A stretch of DNA of 56,821 bases, taken from contig JAJYHN010000203.1 of NCBI GenBank assembly GCA_021784765.1, positions 1-56,821 of the forward strand, read 5' to 3'. Made by a program: the position numbers and the translations under genes. Positions 28,457 to 37,492 of this stretch are shown piece after piece. The notes beneath the pieces are model-generated. The model saw only the letters and a program-made list of their open reading frames with translations. It did not search any database and was not told where the DNA came from. Numbering within the stretch: position 1 is the stretch's first letter; each line of letters starts with the position of its first letter. The stretch is from Actinomycetes bacterium (lineage in GTDB: Bacteria; Actinomycetota; UBA4738).

Positions 28457-29221
28457 ATGGGGATCTCGAGGGACGCCGCCAAGAACCGGCGCTACTGGGA
28501 CGAGCGCGCCGACGACTACCAGGCCGAGCACGGCGAGTTCCTTCACGGGGCCCCGATGGCCTGGGGGACGTTCCGCATCCCCGAGGAGGAGGTCGGAGCC
28601 CTCGGCGAGGTCCGGGGGAAGGGCGTCCTGGAGCTCGGCTGCGGGGCGGCGCAATGGTCCATCGCGCTCGCCCGTGCGGGCGCCCGGCCCGTCGGGCTGG
28701 ACAACTCCCGGCGCCAGCTGGCGCACGCCCGGCGGGGAATGCGCCGGGCCGGCGTCGAGTTCCCGCTCGTGCACGCCGCCGCGGAGCGCGTTCCGCTGCC
28801 GGATCGGAGCTTCGACGCGATCCTCTCCGATCACGGCGCCATGTCCTTCGTCGACCCCGAGCGATCGGTCCCGGAGTGCGCCCGGCTCCTGCGGCCGGGC
28901 GGGATCCTGGCGTTCTGCATGTCCACGCCGTTCCGCGACGCGTGCTGGAGCGAGCGGTCCGAGCGAGTGGTCCGGACCCTCCAGGCCCCCTACTTCGAGG
29001 TGGGCCGGTGGGAGGGGGAGGGGCACGTGGAGTTCCAGCTTGCCTACGGCGCGTGGATCCGGCTGTTCCGGCGACACGGCCTCGGGGTCGAGGACCTCGT
29101 CGAGCTGCGGCCGCCGGAGGGCGCCCGCACCACGTACACGGACTACGCCCCGCTGTCCTGGGCCCGCAGGTGGCCGGCCGAGCACGTCTGGGTGGTCCGC
29201 CGGGAATCCGCCGAGCGATAG
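28457..29221 (+). CDS. Class I SAM-dependent methyltransferase
   Basis: VLELGCGAAQWS motif I and YWDERADDY N-terminus. Confidence 0.85.
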   Translation: MGISRDAAKNRRYWDERADDYQAEHGEFLHGAPMAWGTFRIPEEEVGALGEVRGKGVLELGCGAAQWSIALARAGARPVGLDNSRRQLAHARRGMRRAGVEFPLVHAAAERVPLPDRSFDAILSDHGAMSFVDPERSVPECARLLRPGGILAFCMSTPFRDACWSERSERVVRTLQAPYFEVGRWEGEGHVEFQLAYGAWIRLFRRHGLGVEDLVELRPPEGARTTYTDYAPLSWARRWPAEHVWVVRRESAER

Positions 29222-29234
29222 GGCGCCGGGGTCC

Positions 29235-30221
29235 GTGAGCGCCACCGACACCGAGTCGGGCACGGAGGGACCGTCCTCGGCGCCCGCCGTGGCCGGAGCC
29301 GCCCTGGAGATCCCGCTCTCCGGACCCGCGGGGGAGCCGGTCGATCTGAGGCGCCTGGTCGCCTCCCACGGCTTCGTCGAGCTGCCGCCGATGCGCCGCG
29401 ACGCGGTGGCCCACGCGCTGGAGGTGACGCTGCCGGTCCCCGGCGCTCGCCCTCGAACCGTTCGCATCGAGCCCGGACGGCCGGGTCATGCCCGGGTCGT
29501 GGTCCGCGGCCCGCGTCCCGGCGCCGGCGCGCGGGCGCACCTGCTCGTGGCCGTCCGGCACGTCCTCGGGATGGACGAGGACCTCTCCGGGTTCTACGCG
29601 CTCGCGGCCCGCGACCCCGCGCTCGCGTGGGCGGCGGCTGGCGCCGGCCGGATGATCCGCAGCCCCACCGTCTTCGAGGACGTGGTGAAGACGATCTGCA
29701 CGACGAACTGCGCCTGGTCGGCGACCGAGCGAATGGTCGGCGCCATCGTCGCACACCTCGGAGAGCCGGCCGTCGGGGCTCCAGCCGAGGGGCCGGCCGG
29801 CCGAGCCTTCCCGACGCCGCAGGCGATGGCCGCGGTGGGGGAGGACTTCTACCGCCTGCAGGCGCGGGCCGGCTACCGGGGCGCGTATCTCCTGGCCCTG
29901 GCCCGCGGGGCGGCCGAGGGGGCGTTCGACCTCGAGGCCCTCGGCGGCGCGACGCCGGAGGAGCTGCCCGACGACGAGCTCGTGCGGCGGCTGCTGGTCC
30001 TGCCGGGCGTCGGCCCGTACGCCGCCGCGCACGTGATGATGATGCTCGGACGGCACTCGCGGCTGATCCTGGACTCGTGGACGCGCCCGACCTATGCGCG
30101 GATCGCGGGCCGGCGGAGCGTGCCGGACGCGGCCATCCGCCGTCGCTTCCGCCGGTACGGCCGCTGGGCCGGGCTCGCGTTCTGGCTCACCTGCACGCGC
30201 GACTGGGTCGAGGAGGGCTGA
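29235..30221 (+). CDS. HhH-GPD DNA glycosylase, AlkA-like
   Basis: LPGVGPYAAAHVMM helix-hairpin-helix and SPTVFEDVVKTICTTN. GTG start at 29235. Confidence 0.7.
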   Translation: MSATDTESGTEGPSSAPAVAGAALEIPLSGPAGEPVDLRRLVASHGFVELPPMRRDAVAHALEVTLPVPGARPRTVRIEPGRPGHARVVVRGPRPGAGARAHLLVAVRHVLGMDEDLSGFYALAARDPALAWAAAGAGRMIRSPTVFEDVVKTICTTNCAWSATERMVGAIVAHLGEPAVGAPAEGPAGRAFPTPQAMAAVGEDFYRLQARAGYRGAYLLALARGAAEGAFDLEALGGATPEELPDDELVRRLLVLPGVGPYAAAHVMMMLGRHSRLILDSWTRPTYARIAGRRSVPDAAIRRRFRRYGRWAGLAFWLTCTRDWVEEG

Positions 30222-30225
30222 TCGC

Positions 30226-30780
30226 TCACCACCCGGCCCCCGAGGACGGCGAGGGGCTCGCGCCGCCCGAGCCGGACGATGACTTCTTGGCCGCAGCGCC
30301 GGAGGACGTCACCGCGTACCAGGTGCCGCCGAAGGCCTTGATCCCCTCGCCGTTCGCCACCCCGGGTCCCGAGTCGCCGGCGTACAGGTACAGGGGCCAG
30401 TGGTCGTAGGTGACCTGCAGGCGCCCGCCCGGCGTCTTCACCGTCCCGAGCATCGAGGCCGTGACGCCCGAGCGGGCCGTGGCGGACGAAGTGCCGGACG
30501 GAAGGAGCAGCGGCGGCCACACGGCGGTGCACGCGCTCGCGGTGCAGGTGGGCGTCCCGCCCTTGTCGGCGGTGAGCAGGTACAGGACGGCGCCGTTGCT
30601 CGACTCGAGCACCGTGCCGAGCCCGGACACCGAGCCGGCCTTCACCACCGTGCCAGAAGCACCCCCGGTCCCGCCGGAGCCTCCGTAGGTCGCGGCGCCG
30701 CTGCTCGCGCACGCCGAGAGCGTCAGCCCGAGGACCGCGATCCCCGCAACCCAGATCCGACCCGGCCGGCCGTGGACCAT
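30226..30780 (-). CDS. Secreted lipoprotein with COG4315-type repeats
   Basis: Lipobox LTLSAC, then GAVLYLLTADKGG...CTAVWPP and PLYLYAGD repeat motifs. Confidence 0.7.
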   Translation of the reverse strand: MVHGRPGRIWVAGIAVLGLTLSACASSGAATYGGSGGTGGASGTVVKAGSVSGLGTVLESSNGAVLYLLTADKGGTPTCTASACTAVWPPLLLPSGTSSATARSGVTASMLGTVKTPGGRLQVTYDHWPLYLYAGDSGPGVANGEGIKAFGGTWYAVTSSGAAAKKSSSGSGGASPSPSSGAGW

Positions 30781-30912
30781 GTCGCCTCCTCACGTCTCCG
30801 GTTCGACTCGACGGGGGGTCTACGGCCGGGCGAGGGTGAGGGATTGCGGAACGTCCCCAGGATCGGCATCCGGCCGGTTCGGGTGGGCCGACTCGAGCGG
30901 TCCGACCTGAGC

Positions 30913-30941
30913 TTGACATCCGAGCGGTCGTGGCGTTTACT
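30913..30941 (+). promoter_or_regulatory. Sigma-70-like promoter TTGACA-N17-TTTACT
   Basis: Exact TTGACA at 30913, a 17-nt spacer and TTTACT at 30936, in a locally AT-richer patch about 30 nt upstream of a strong SD. Confidence 0.35.
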
Positions 30942-30972
30942 GATTCTTCCGCTCGACGAGGAGGTGAGGACG

Positions 30973-31110
30973 ATGGGTAACTCGGACACCATCTTCGGCC
31001 CGGCCTTCCCCGGCGCCTTCGGCCTCGTCCTCGGCACCTTCGCCCCAGGCGACGTCGAGCGGCTCTGCGGCATGCGCACGCGCCGCACGCGCGCCGGCGC
31101 CTCGTCCTGA
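30973..31110 (+). CDS. Small hydrophobic peptide (45 aa), hypothetical
   Basis: ATG is preceded by GAGGAGGTGAGGA. 43 of 45 sense codons end in G/C. Sequence MGNSDTIFGPAFPGAFGLVLGTFAPGDVERLCGMRTRRTRAGASS. Too short for the ORF track. Confidence 0.4.
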   Translation: MGNSDTIFGPAFPGAFGLVLGTFAPGDVERLCGMRTRRTRAGASS

Positions 31111-31148
31111 CCGAGGCGTCTCCCCGGCTCGAAGCACCGTAGAACCCC

Positions 31149-31185
31149 GCGTTCGCACGCGCGCCCGAAGGCGGCGCGCGAACGC
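31149..31185 (+). promoter_or_regulatory. Long imperfect GC hairpin (GCGTTCGC...GCGAACGC outer stem)
   Basis: Lies 39 nt after the small-ORF stop and about 315 nt upstream of the ABC ATPase gene. Possible terminator or attenuator. Confidence 0.35.
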
Positions 31186-31501
31186 CACCGGTCCCCGCCC
31201 ATACCCGCGCTTGCCCGCGCGCCGGGAGGGCTGCGCCGCGGGTCGTCAAGAGAGAGAGGAGAGAACCGATGCATCCCACGCCTTCCGCATGGATCGCCTT
31301 GGAGCTGCGATTGGAGCGTCAGCGTGACCTGGAGCGGCGGCTGCGACGGCACGCCGCTTCGGGCGGGCCGTCCCGACCCCCACCCGCCCGTGCTCGACAC
31401 AGGCGGGAACCGTGGTGGCTGGTCGTGCCGTGGGGATCGCGCCGGCGCGCGCTGGCGGAGCCGCGGTGACGCATCTCGTGGACGAGGGTAGGTTTGTGGA
31501 C

Positions 31502-32536
31502 ATGCCTGAGGGGACATCGGCCCCGGCGATCCTGGTCGAGGGCCTTCGGAAGTCGTTCGGACCCGTGCACGCCCTGCGTGGCGTGGACTTCACGGTCCCG
31601 TCCGGGACCGTCCTCGGGCTGCTCGGGCCGAACGGCGCGGGCAAGACCACGGTCGTTCGCATCCTCACGACCCTGCTCGAGCCGGATGGCGGCCGAGCCG
31701 TGATCGAGGGGCACGACGTCGTCCATGCCCCGGCGGCGGTTCGCCGGAACATCGGTCTGGCGGGACAGGCCACGGCGATCCAGCCGGAGCTGACCGGCCG
31801 GGAGAACCTCGAGATCGTCGGTCGGCTCCACCATCTGAGCTGGCCGCAGTCCAGACAGCGTGCCGTCGACCTGCTCGAGCGGTTCGACATCGCGGACGCC
31901 GCGGACCGACCGGCCAAGACCTATTCCGGGGGCATGCAGCGGCGCCTCGACCTCGCCGCCAGTCTCATCGGCCACCCGGCGGTGCTGTTCCTCGACGAGC
32001 CGACGACTGGCCTCGACCCGCGGAGTCGCCTCGGCATGTGGGACGTCATCCGCGAGCTCGTCTCGGGCGGCACGACCCTGCTGCTGACCACTCAGTACCT
32101 GGACGAGGCCGACGAGCTCGCCGACCAGATCGTCGTCATCGACCATGGCCTCGTCATCGCCGCGGGATCCGCCGAGCAGCTGAAGGACCGCGTCGGCGGA
32201 GACCTGGTCGAGTTCACGGTTCCCGACCGGACCCGGCTCGCAGACGCGCTCGCGGCGGTGAGCGGGCTGTCCGAGGGCGACCCGCACGTGGACCAGGACG
32301 CCGGGCGCGTGACGATCAGCGTCGGTGTCGGCGGGTCGGAGGCGCTGGTCGACGCGGTGCGACGGCTCGACGGGGCGGGGGTCGCGACCGTCGGCATGTC
32401 GCTGCGCCGCCCGTCGCTCGACGATGTCTTCCTGGCGCTGACGGGCCACGGCGCCGAGGACGAAAGTCGCGGTCGGGGGGGGCGCCGACGCGGTCGGCGC
32501 CGGCGCGGCGCGGAACGGAGGGCTGACACGACATGA
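31502..32536 (+). CDS. ABC transporter ATP-binding protein, DrrA-like
   Basis: GLLGPNGAGKTT, YSGGMQRRLDLA, LFLDEPTTGLD. C-terminal domain typical of the daunorubicin-resistance ATPase family. Confidence 0.9.
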   Translation: MPEGTSAPAILVEGLRKSFGPVHALRGVDFTVPSGTVLGLLGPNGAGKTTVVRILTTLLEPDGGRAVIEGHDVVHAPAAVRRNIGLAGQATAIQPELTGRENLEIVGRLHHLSWPQSRQRAVDLLERFDIADAADRPAKTYSGGMQRRLDLAASLIGHPAVLFLDEPTTGLDPRSRLGMWDVIRELVSGGTTLLLTTQYLDEADELADQIVVIDHGLVIAAGSAEQLKDRVGGDLVEFTVPDRTRLADALAAVSGLSEGDPHVDQDAGRVTISVGVGGSEALVDAVRRLDGAGVATVGMSLRRPSLDDVFLALTGHGAEDESRGRGGRRRGRRRRGAERRADTT

Positions 32537-33342
32537 GCACGGCCGGACTCATCGCTCCCGAGCCGAGGATCGGCCAGCGAATTCGCTGGGCCATCGGCGA
32601 CTCGATCACGCTGACCCGCCGAAGCCTGCTCGTCTGGCTCCGCGTCCCGGCGTTCATCGTTTTCACGGTGGTCCAGCCGGTCATGTTCGTCCTGCTGTTC
32701 CGCTACGTGTTCGGCGGGGCCATCCATGTCGGCATCCCCGGTGGCTACGTCGACTACCTGATGCCGGGGATCATCGGGCAGACCGCCGCGTTCGCCTCGA
32801 TCGGCACCGCGATCGCCCTGGCTCAGGAACTGCAGCGGGGCGTGATCGACCGCTTCCGCTCGATGCCCATGACGCGATCCGCGGTGCTCGCCGGCAGGCT
32901 CACCGCCGACGCCGCCCGGATGCTCGTGACGATCCTCGTGATCCTCGGCGTCGGCTACCTGGTGGGGTTCCGCTTCCGGAACGGCGCGGTGCCGGCCGTG
33001 GGGATGGTGCTGCTCTCGGTGACCTTCGGGCTCACGGTGTGCTGTGTCTCGGCCTTCATCGGCCTCGCGATCAAGGACGAGGAGTCGGTGCAGGCGTTCG
33101 GCCTGATCTGGCTGTTCCCGCTGACGTTCGTGAGCTCTGCCTTCGTCCCGATCGCCTCGATGCCGGGGTGGCTGCAGACCTTCGCCAACAACCAGCCGGT
33201 GACGCTCGTCATCAACGCCATGCGCGCGCTCGCGCTCGGCGGCCCCATCTCTCCGTACCTCTGGAAGAGCCTCGTCTGGCTCGCCGGCATCCTCGTCGTG
33301 TTCGGGCCCCTCGCCGTGCGTGCCTACAAACGGGCCAGCTAG
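32533..33342 (+). CDS. ABC-2 type permease, DrrB-like
   Basis: 269 aa with six TMS. ATGA overlap with the ATPase gene. Confidence 0.9.
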   Translation: MSTAGLIAPEPRIGQRIRWAIGDSITLTRRSLLVWLRVPAFIVFTVVQPVMFVLLFRYVFGGAIHVGIPGGYVDYLMPGIIGQTAAFASIGTAIALAQELQRGVIDRFRSMPMTRSAVLAGRLTADAARMLVTILVILGVGYLVGFRFRNGAVPAVGMVLLSVTFGLTVCCVSAFIGLAIKDEESVQAFGLIWLFPLTFVSSAFVPIASMPGWLQTFANNQPVTLVINAMRALALGGPISPYLWKSLVWLAGILVVFGPLAVRAYKRAS

Positions 33343-33356
33343 CCCGGTCGCGGCGA

Positions 33357-34169
33357 TCAGGTCGCGGACGGGCTCGGCGAGGGCGGGGCCTTGGTGGACA
33401 GGAACCTGATCGTGAGATTCAGGCGACCGCTGTCGTCGCACACGATCGGGCCGAAGCAGAGGCCCGTCACCTGTGTGCCGGAGACCGTGAGGGTCGACCC
33501 CGCCTTGATCGAGCACGGTGCCCCGCCGAGCCTGGGCGGGGGCGGCATCGAGATCCGAGGCACCGGGACCCCGCTCGGAAGCGAGGTGGGGAGGGCGCTC
33601 GGCCCGGCGAAGGGGTTGCCGGGCTTCGCCGGCGGCGGCGGCCTGCACGAGAGCCTGCCCGGCGAGGAGATCGAGTCCGCGATCCAGATCGCTCCGATCC
33701 CCGGATTGGACGGACAGTCGGTGACGCTTCGAAGCACCGTCGGATCGCCGAGGTAGAGCGTGAAGGTGACGGGGGCCCGCGTCCCCCCGCACGTGTTGGC
33801 CACGGCGGCGCCCACCCCGCCCGGGCAGCTCGCGTGGCCCGACGCGACGAGCGGGACGGTGTGTTCCCCGAGCGGCACCGTGCCCGTCGTCTCGTCGAAC
33901 GGGACCACGAGCCCGGAGAAGGAGAACGAGAGCGTGGCCCGGGCCGTGCCCGAGCAGGGTGCGGTGAAGGTGCTCGCCCGCAGGGCGGAGCCGGATCCGC
34001 TGATGCGCACGGCGACCGGAGGCCCCGATCGGGAGCCGCCCGAGCCCGTGGGGCCGACGCTTGCCGGCGGGGAGCTCGGGGGCTGCGGCGTCCCCGAGCA
34101 GGCCGCGGCGAGGAACGCGAGCGCTACCAGCGCGCCCGGCCGTAGCGTTCGAAGGGCTTTGATCGACAT
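33357..34169 (-). CDS. Cys- and Pro-rich secreted lipoprotein, hypothetical
   Basis: Signal peptide with lipobox (LAAACSG) and protein-like composition. No family recognised. Confidence 0.55.
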   Translation of the reverse strand: MSIKALRTLRPGALVALAFLAAACSGTPQPPSSPPASVGPTGSGGSRSGPPVAVRISGSGSALRASTFTAPCSGTARATLSFSFSGLVVPFDETTGTVPLGEHTVPLVASGHASCPGGVGAAVANTCGGTRAPVTFTLYLGDPTVLRSVTDCPSNPGIGAIWIADSISSPGRLSCRPPPPAKPGNPFAGPSALPTSLPSGVPVPRISMPPPPRLGGAPCSIKAGSTLTVSGTQVTGLCFGPIVCDDSGRLNLTIRFLSTKAPPSPSPSAT

Positions 34170-34286
34170 GTCCGGTCCCTCCCGGGCGCATCATGAAGCC
34201 CGCGTGCCCGGGAGTCCAGCGCCGCTGCGGACGACATGGCCCTGCGCGCCCCGGGGCCCGCGCTGCTCGGCGTGAACGTCGCGGCA

Positions 34287-34766
34287 TCACCGTGCCGGTC
34301 CACGACCGGCGAGGAAGTCCGCGGTGCTCTTCTCGAACCATGCGTAGATGTCCCGCATCTCCTCCAGGCGGGGCTCGCGAGGAGGGGCGTGGAGGAGCGC
34401 CTCCTCTGTCACCGAGCGCATCCTGGACATCGCCTCGAGCCGGAGTCGCATGAGCCGCTCCCAGATCCCCGGGCCGATGCGGTAGGCGAGGCGGCGCGTT
34501 CGGGGCAGAGCGACCCGCTCGATGGCACCCATCCGCGCCAGCGTGCTCGTGGCCATGCTGATCGCCCCGCGTGACAGGCCGAGCGCCGCCCGGATCTCCT
34601 CGACGGACTGCTGCGGAGGCTCGCACACGATGAGCCATGCGAGCACCCGGATGTGGCTTGGCGGCAGGCCGACCGTGTCGGCGAGGAGGGCGGTCGACCG
34701 CTCCACGAACTCGAGCCGCCAGTCGGCGGGGCCGGGTCGCGGCTTCGAGGAGGCGGGGGAGCTCAT
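34287..34766 (-). CDS. GbsR/MarR-like transcriptional regulator
   Basis: GLPPSHIRVLAWLIVCEPPQQSVEEIRAALGLSRGAISMATSTLARMGAIERV. ATGA overlap with the upstream permease gene. Confidence 0.75.
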   Translation of the reverse strand: MSSPASSKPRPGPADWRLEFVERSTALLADTVGLPPSHIRVLAWLIVCEPPQQSVEEIRAALGLSRGAISMATSTLARMGAIERVALPRTRRLAYRIGPGIWERLMRLRLEAMSRMRSVTEEALLHAPPREPRLEEMRDIYAWFEKSTADFLAGRGPAR

Positions 34767-36397
34767 GCGCTGACGAGGTCGCGCCGCCGGAACGCGGCGA
34801 CCCCGGCCACCGCCGCCAGCAGGCCCAGGCCCGTCAGCCAGGCCGCGGCCGTCCAGTTGGGGTCGGCGGCGGGGGCGGGCGTGATGTGGTGGAAGACCGA
34901 GGTGTCGAGCAGCCACCGATTGGTGGTGACCGCAGCGGCGACGAGCTCGACGAGGTAGGACCAGACGATCAGCCCGTAGACCACCGGCGTGCTGGTGCGG
35001 GGCCACAGTCCCAACGCGAGAACACCGACGCCGAGGATGAACAGCGCCGGCGGGGCCATGTTGAGGCCCGCCTGCAGGAGCCGGCCGATCCCGATCCCCT
35101 CGTGCTGGCTCGTGGCGCCGACCCAGGCGGCGAGGCCGGCGACGACGCTCGAGACGATCACGAGAGTCGCCCCGATCGCGAGCCTGCCGGCGAGCCACCG
35201 GGCGCGGCCTACGGGGCGCGCGAGCAGGTGGTCGAGGTGCCCCTCGGCTTCCTCTCCTCGCGCCGCGGCGACCTGGCCGGCGGCCGCGAGGCTCACGAGG
35301 AGGCCGACGATCGAGAAGGCGACCCCGAGGTAGGCCGCGGCGCCGCCGTGCTGGCCGCCCAGCCGGCGGATCGCCCGCTCGAGGGTCGCCGAGCCGCTGA
35401 GCGCGTTGCCGGCCGCCTGGGCGACCAGGCCGAGGACCAGTCCGAGGATCGCAAGTCCGGCGACCCAGGCGAGGATGCCGGGGCGGGTGAGGCGGATCGT
35501 GAGCCCGGTGGGGCCGCGGAGCAGGCCCGTGCGCGGTTGCGGCGCCTCCGGGGTCGGCAGGGCGCTTGCCCCGAGGTCCCGGCGCCCCGCGACTGCGACG
35601 GCGGCGCCGACGAGGGCGGCGATGAGGGCGATGATCGGGACGAAGGCGAGGGGCCGCGGGCCGGTGAGGGGGCGCAGCTCCTCGGGCCATCCGAGCGGGC
35701 TCGCCCATCGGAGCCAGGCAAGCCCACGTGCGGAGTCGGCGATCATCCGCAGCAGGAAGGCGGCCCCGAGCACCCCTGCGCCGATGAGGTTGGCCTGCCG
35801 GCGGGAGGCCGCAAGCTGGCCGACGAACGCGCCGACGGCGAGGAACATGCCCGCGCCGGCGACCAGGGCGGCGGCGAGGTACAGCGAGCCGCCGATGGAG
35901 AAGCGGACCTTCGGGGCGAGCCCGATCGCCACGGTGAGCACGGCCGTCACCGCCCAGAGCGCCGCCAGCCCGCCAGCAAGCGCGCAGATCGCCTGCGCCG
36001 CCGCTCCGCGCCGGGTGGTCTGGCCGGAGAGGAACAGCTCCCAGCGGCCGGCGTCCTCCTCGCCCCGAAGCATGCGCGTCGCGGCGAGGAGCCCCCAGAT
36101 GGCCCCGATCACGGTCAGGACGACCCCGATCCGCCACGCCGTGAACCCGGCCACCGTCTCGATGCGGCGGGCAGGTCCGAGCACCGCGGCGATGCCGGCG
36201 TTCCCGGAGAAGGAGGCCGCGAGCTTCGCCCGGGATGCCGCCGTCGGATAGAGCCGGGCGTAGCCGTAGGCGCTGGAGGCGACCGCCGCCCCGAACACGT
36301 ACCCCCACAGGGCTCCCGAGCGCGCCGCCCGCCGGGTGGTCGTCACGGCGACGACCCGCGCGGCCCTGCGGGCGTGGAAGGCGAGCTCAGCCTGCAC
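34763..36397 (-). CDS. Large ABC-2 family permease (12 TMS)
   Basis: 544 aa, hydrophobic throughout, overlapping the upstream ATPase gene by 11 nt. Confidence 0.8.
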   Translation of the reverse strand: MQAELAFHARRAARVVAVTTTRRAARSGALWGYVFGAAVASSAYGYARLYPTAASRAKLAASFSGNAGIAAVLGPARRIETVAGFTAWRIGVVLTVIGAIWGLLAATRMLRGEEDAGRWELFLSGQTTRRGAAAQAICALAGGLAALWAVTAVLTVAIGLAPKVRFSIGGSLYLAAALVAGAGMFLAVGAFVGQLAASRRQANLIGAGVLGAAFLLRMIADSARGLAWLRWASPLGWPEELRPLTGPRPLAFVPIIALIAALVGAAVAVAGRRDLGASALPTPEAPQPRTGLLRGPTGLTIRLTRPGILAWVAGLAILGLVLGLVAQAAGNALSGSATLERAIRRLGGQHGGAAAYLGVAFSIVGLLVSLAAAGQVAAARGEEAEGHLDHLLARPVGRARWLAGRLAIGATLVIVSSVVAGLAAWVGATSQHEGIGIGRLLQAGLNMAPPALFILGVGVLALGLWPRTSTPVVYGLIVWSYLVELVAAAVTTNRWLLDTSVFHHITPAPAADPNWTAAAWLTGLGLLAAVAGVAAFRRRDLVSA

Positions 36398-37298
36398 GGG
36401 TCGCCTCCGAGGAGGGCTCCGCTGCGCCGTAGTGGGCGAGGAACAGCTCCTCCAGCGAGGGCTCCCGACAGGTGAGGTGGCGCACGCCGGCCGCCGCGAG
36501 GACCCGAAGCAGCGGCTCGACCGAGCCGGTCACCTGGCAGCGGACCCGGTTGCCATCCACCGCCACGGCGCTCACCCCCGGCACCGCCGACAGGTCCGGC
36601 ACCGCGGCGTCGAACTCGGCCTCGACCTGCAGCGCCGAGAGATGGCGCATCTGCGCCAGCGTCCCCACCTCCACCAGGTGGCCCTCTCGGAGTATCGCGA
36701 CCCGGTCGCAGAGCGCCTCCACCTCCGAGAGGATGTGCGAGGAGAGGAACACCGTCTGGCCGCGCCCGCGAGCCTCGGCCACGCACTCCCGGAACGCTCG
36801 TTCCATCAGGGGGTCAAGGCCGCTCGTCGGTTCGTCGAGCAGCAGGAGGTCCGCCCGGGTCATGAGGCCCGCGACCAGGATGAGCTTCTGGCGGTTGCCC
36901 TTCGAGTAGGTGCGCACCCTCTTCGAGGGGTCGATCTCGAACCGCTCGATCAGCAGGTCGCGGTAGCCGGGATCGACCTGCCCCTGCACCCGGCCGAGCA
37001 GGTGCAGGGTCTCCGCGCCGGTGAGCGTGGGCCATAGGCTCGCCTCGCCGGGCACGTAGGCCACCCGGCGGTGGGCCTGCACGGGGCTGGCCTGGCAGTC
37101 CACGCCGAAGATCTCCGCCCGACCCGCGCTCGCCCCGATGAGGCCGAGCAGCAGCCGGATCGTGGTGGTCTTGCCGGCGCCGTTCGGGCCGAGGTAGCCG
37201 AGCACCTCGCCCTCGGGGACCTCGAGGTCCAGGGAGACCAGCGCTCTGGTCCTGCCGAAGGTCTTTGAGAGCCCCTCGGTGAGAATGGCTGCCGTCAT
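36387..37298 (-). CDS. ABC transporter ATP-binding protein
   Basis: GYLGPNGAGKTTT, YSKGNRQKL, LLLLDEPTSGLD. ATG at 37298. Confidence 0.9.
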   Translation of the reverse strand: MTAAILTEGLSKTFGRTRALVSLDLEVPEGEVLGYLGPNGAGKTTTIRLLLGLIGASAGRAEIFGVDCQASPVQAHRRVAYVPGEASLWPTLTGAETLHLLGRVQGQVDPGYRDLLIERFEIDPSKRVRTYSKGNRQKLILVAGLMTRADLLLLDEPTSGLDPLMERAFRECVAEARGRGQTVFLSSHILSEVEALCDRVAILREGHLVEVGTLAQMRHLSALQVEAEFDAAVPDLSAVPGVSAVAVDGNRVRCQVTGSVEPLLRVLAAAGVRHLTCREPSLEELFLAHYGAAEPSSEATRAG

Positions 37299-37308
37299 CG
37301 CCTGAGGT

Positions 37309-37324
37309 TTCAGATTGTTCTGAA
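37309..37324. promoter_or_regulatory. Palindrome TTCAGA-TTGT-TCTGAA upstream of the ABC operon
   Basis: Exact 6-bp arms in the only AT-rich patch of the divergent intergenic region, 11 nt upstream of the ATPase start. Confidence 0.4.
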
Positions 37325-37492
37325 TCTCACCGTAGGACGGGCTGACCCGCCCGTCAACGTCCTGCGGCGCCGCGCAGCTCACCTCCCGGGACCTGAGCCC
37401 CGTGCAGACGCGGGCCCGAATGCAGCGGACCGTTCGGTCCTGACGCCGCGCCCGCCGGTCCCCCGTAATGGTGCGAGGAGGGGGAGTCGATC

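Noticed and set aside
30973-31110. Small ORF considered as a lasso-peptide or other RiPP precursor
   Set aside because: No maturation enzymes (lasso cyclase/protease, LanM, YcaO etc.) are nearby. No Gly/Ala/Ser/Cys-start core with Asp/Glu at positions 7-9 follows a Thr(-2).
31269-31469. 66-codon ORF (MHPTPSAWIALELRLERQRDLERRL...) with a GAGGAG-like SD upstream of the DrrA-like gene
   Set aside because: Third-position GC is only about 77%, against about 90% or more in the genuine genes I checked here. The C-terminal half is Arg/Pro-rich and I recognise no family. It is kept only as a possible leader element within the sORF/leader finding.
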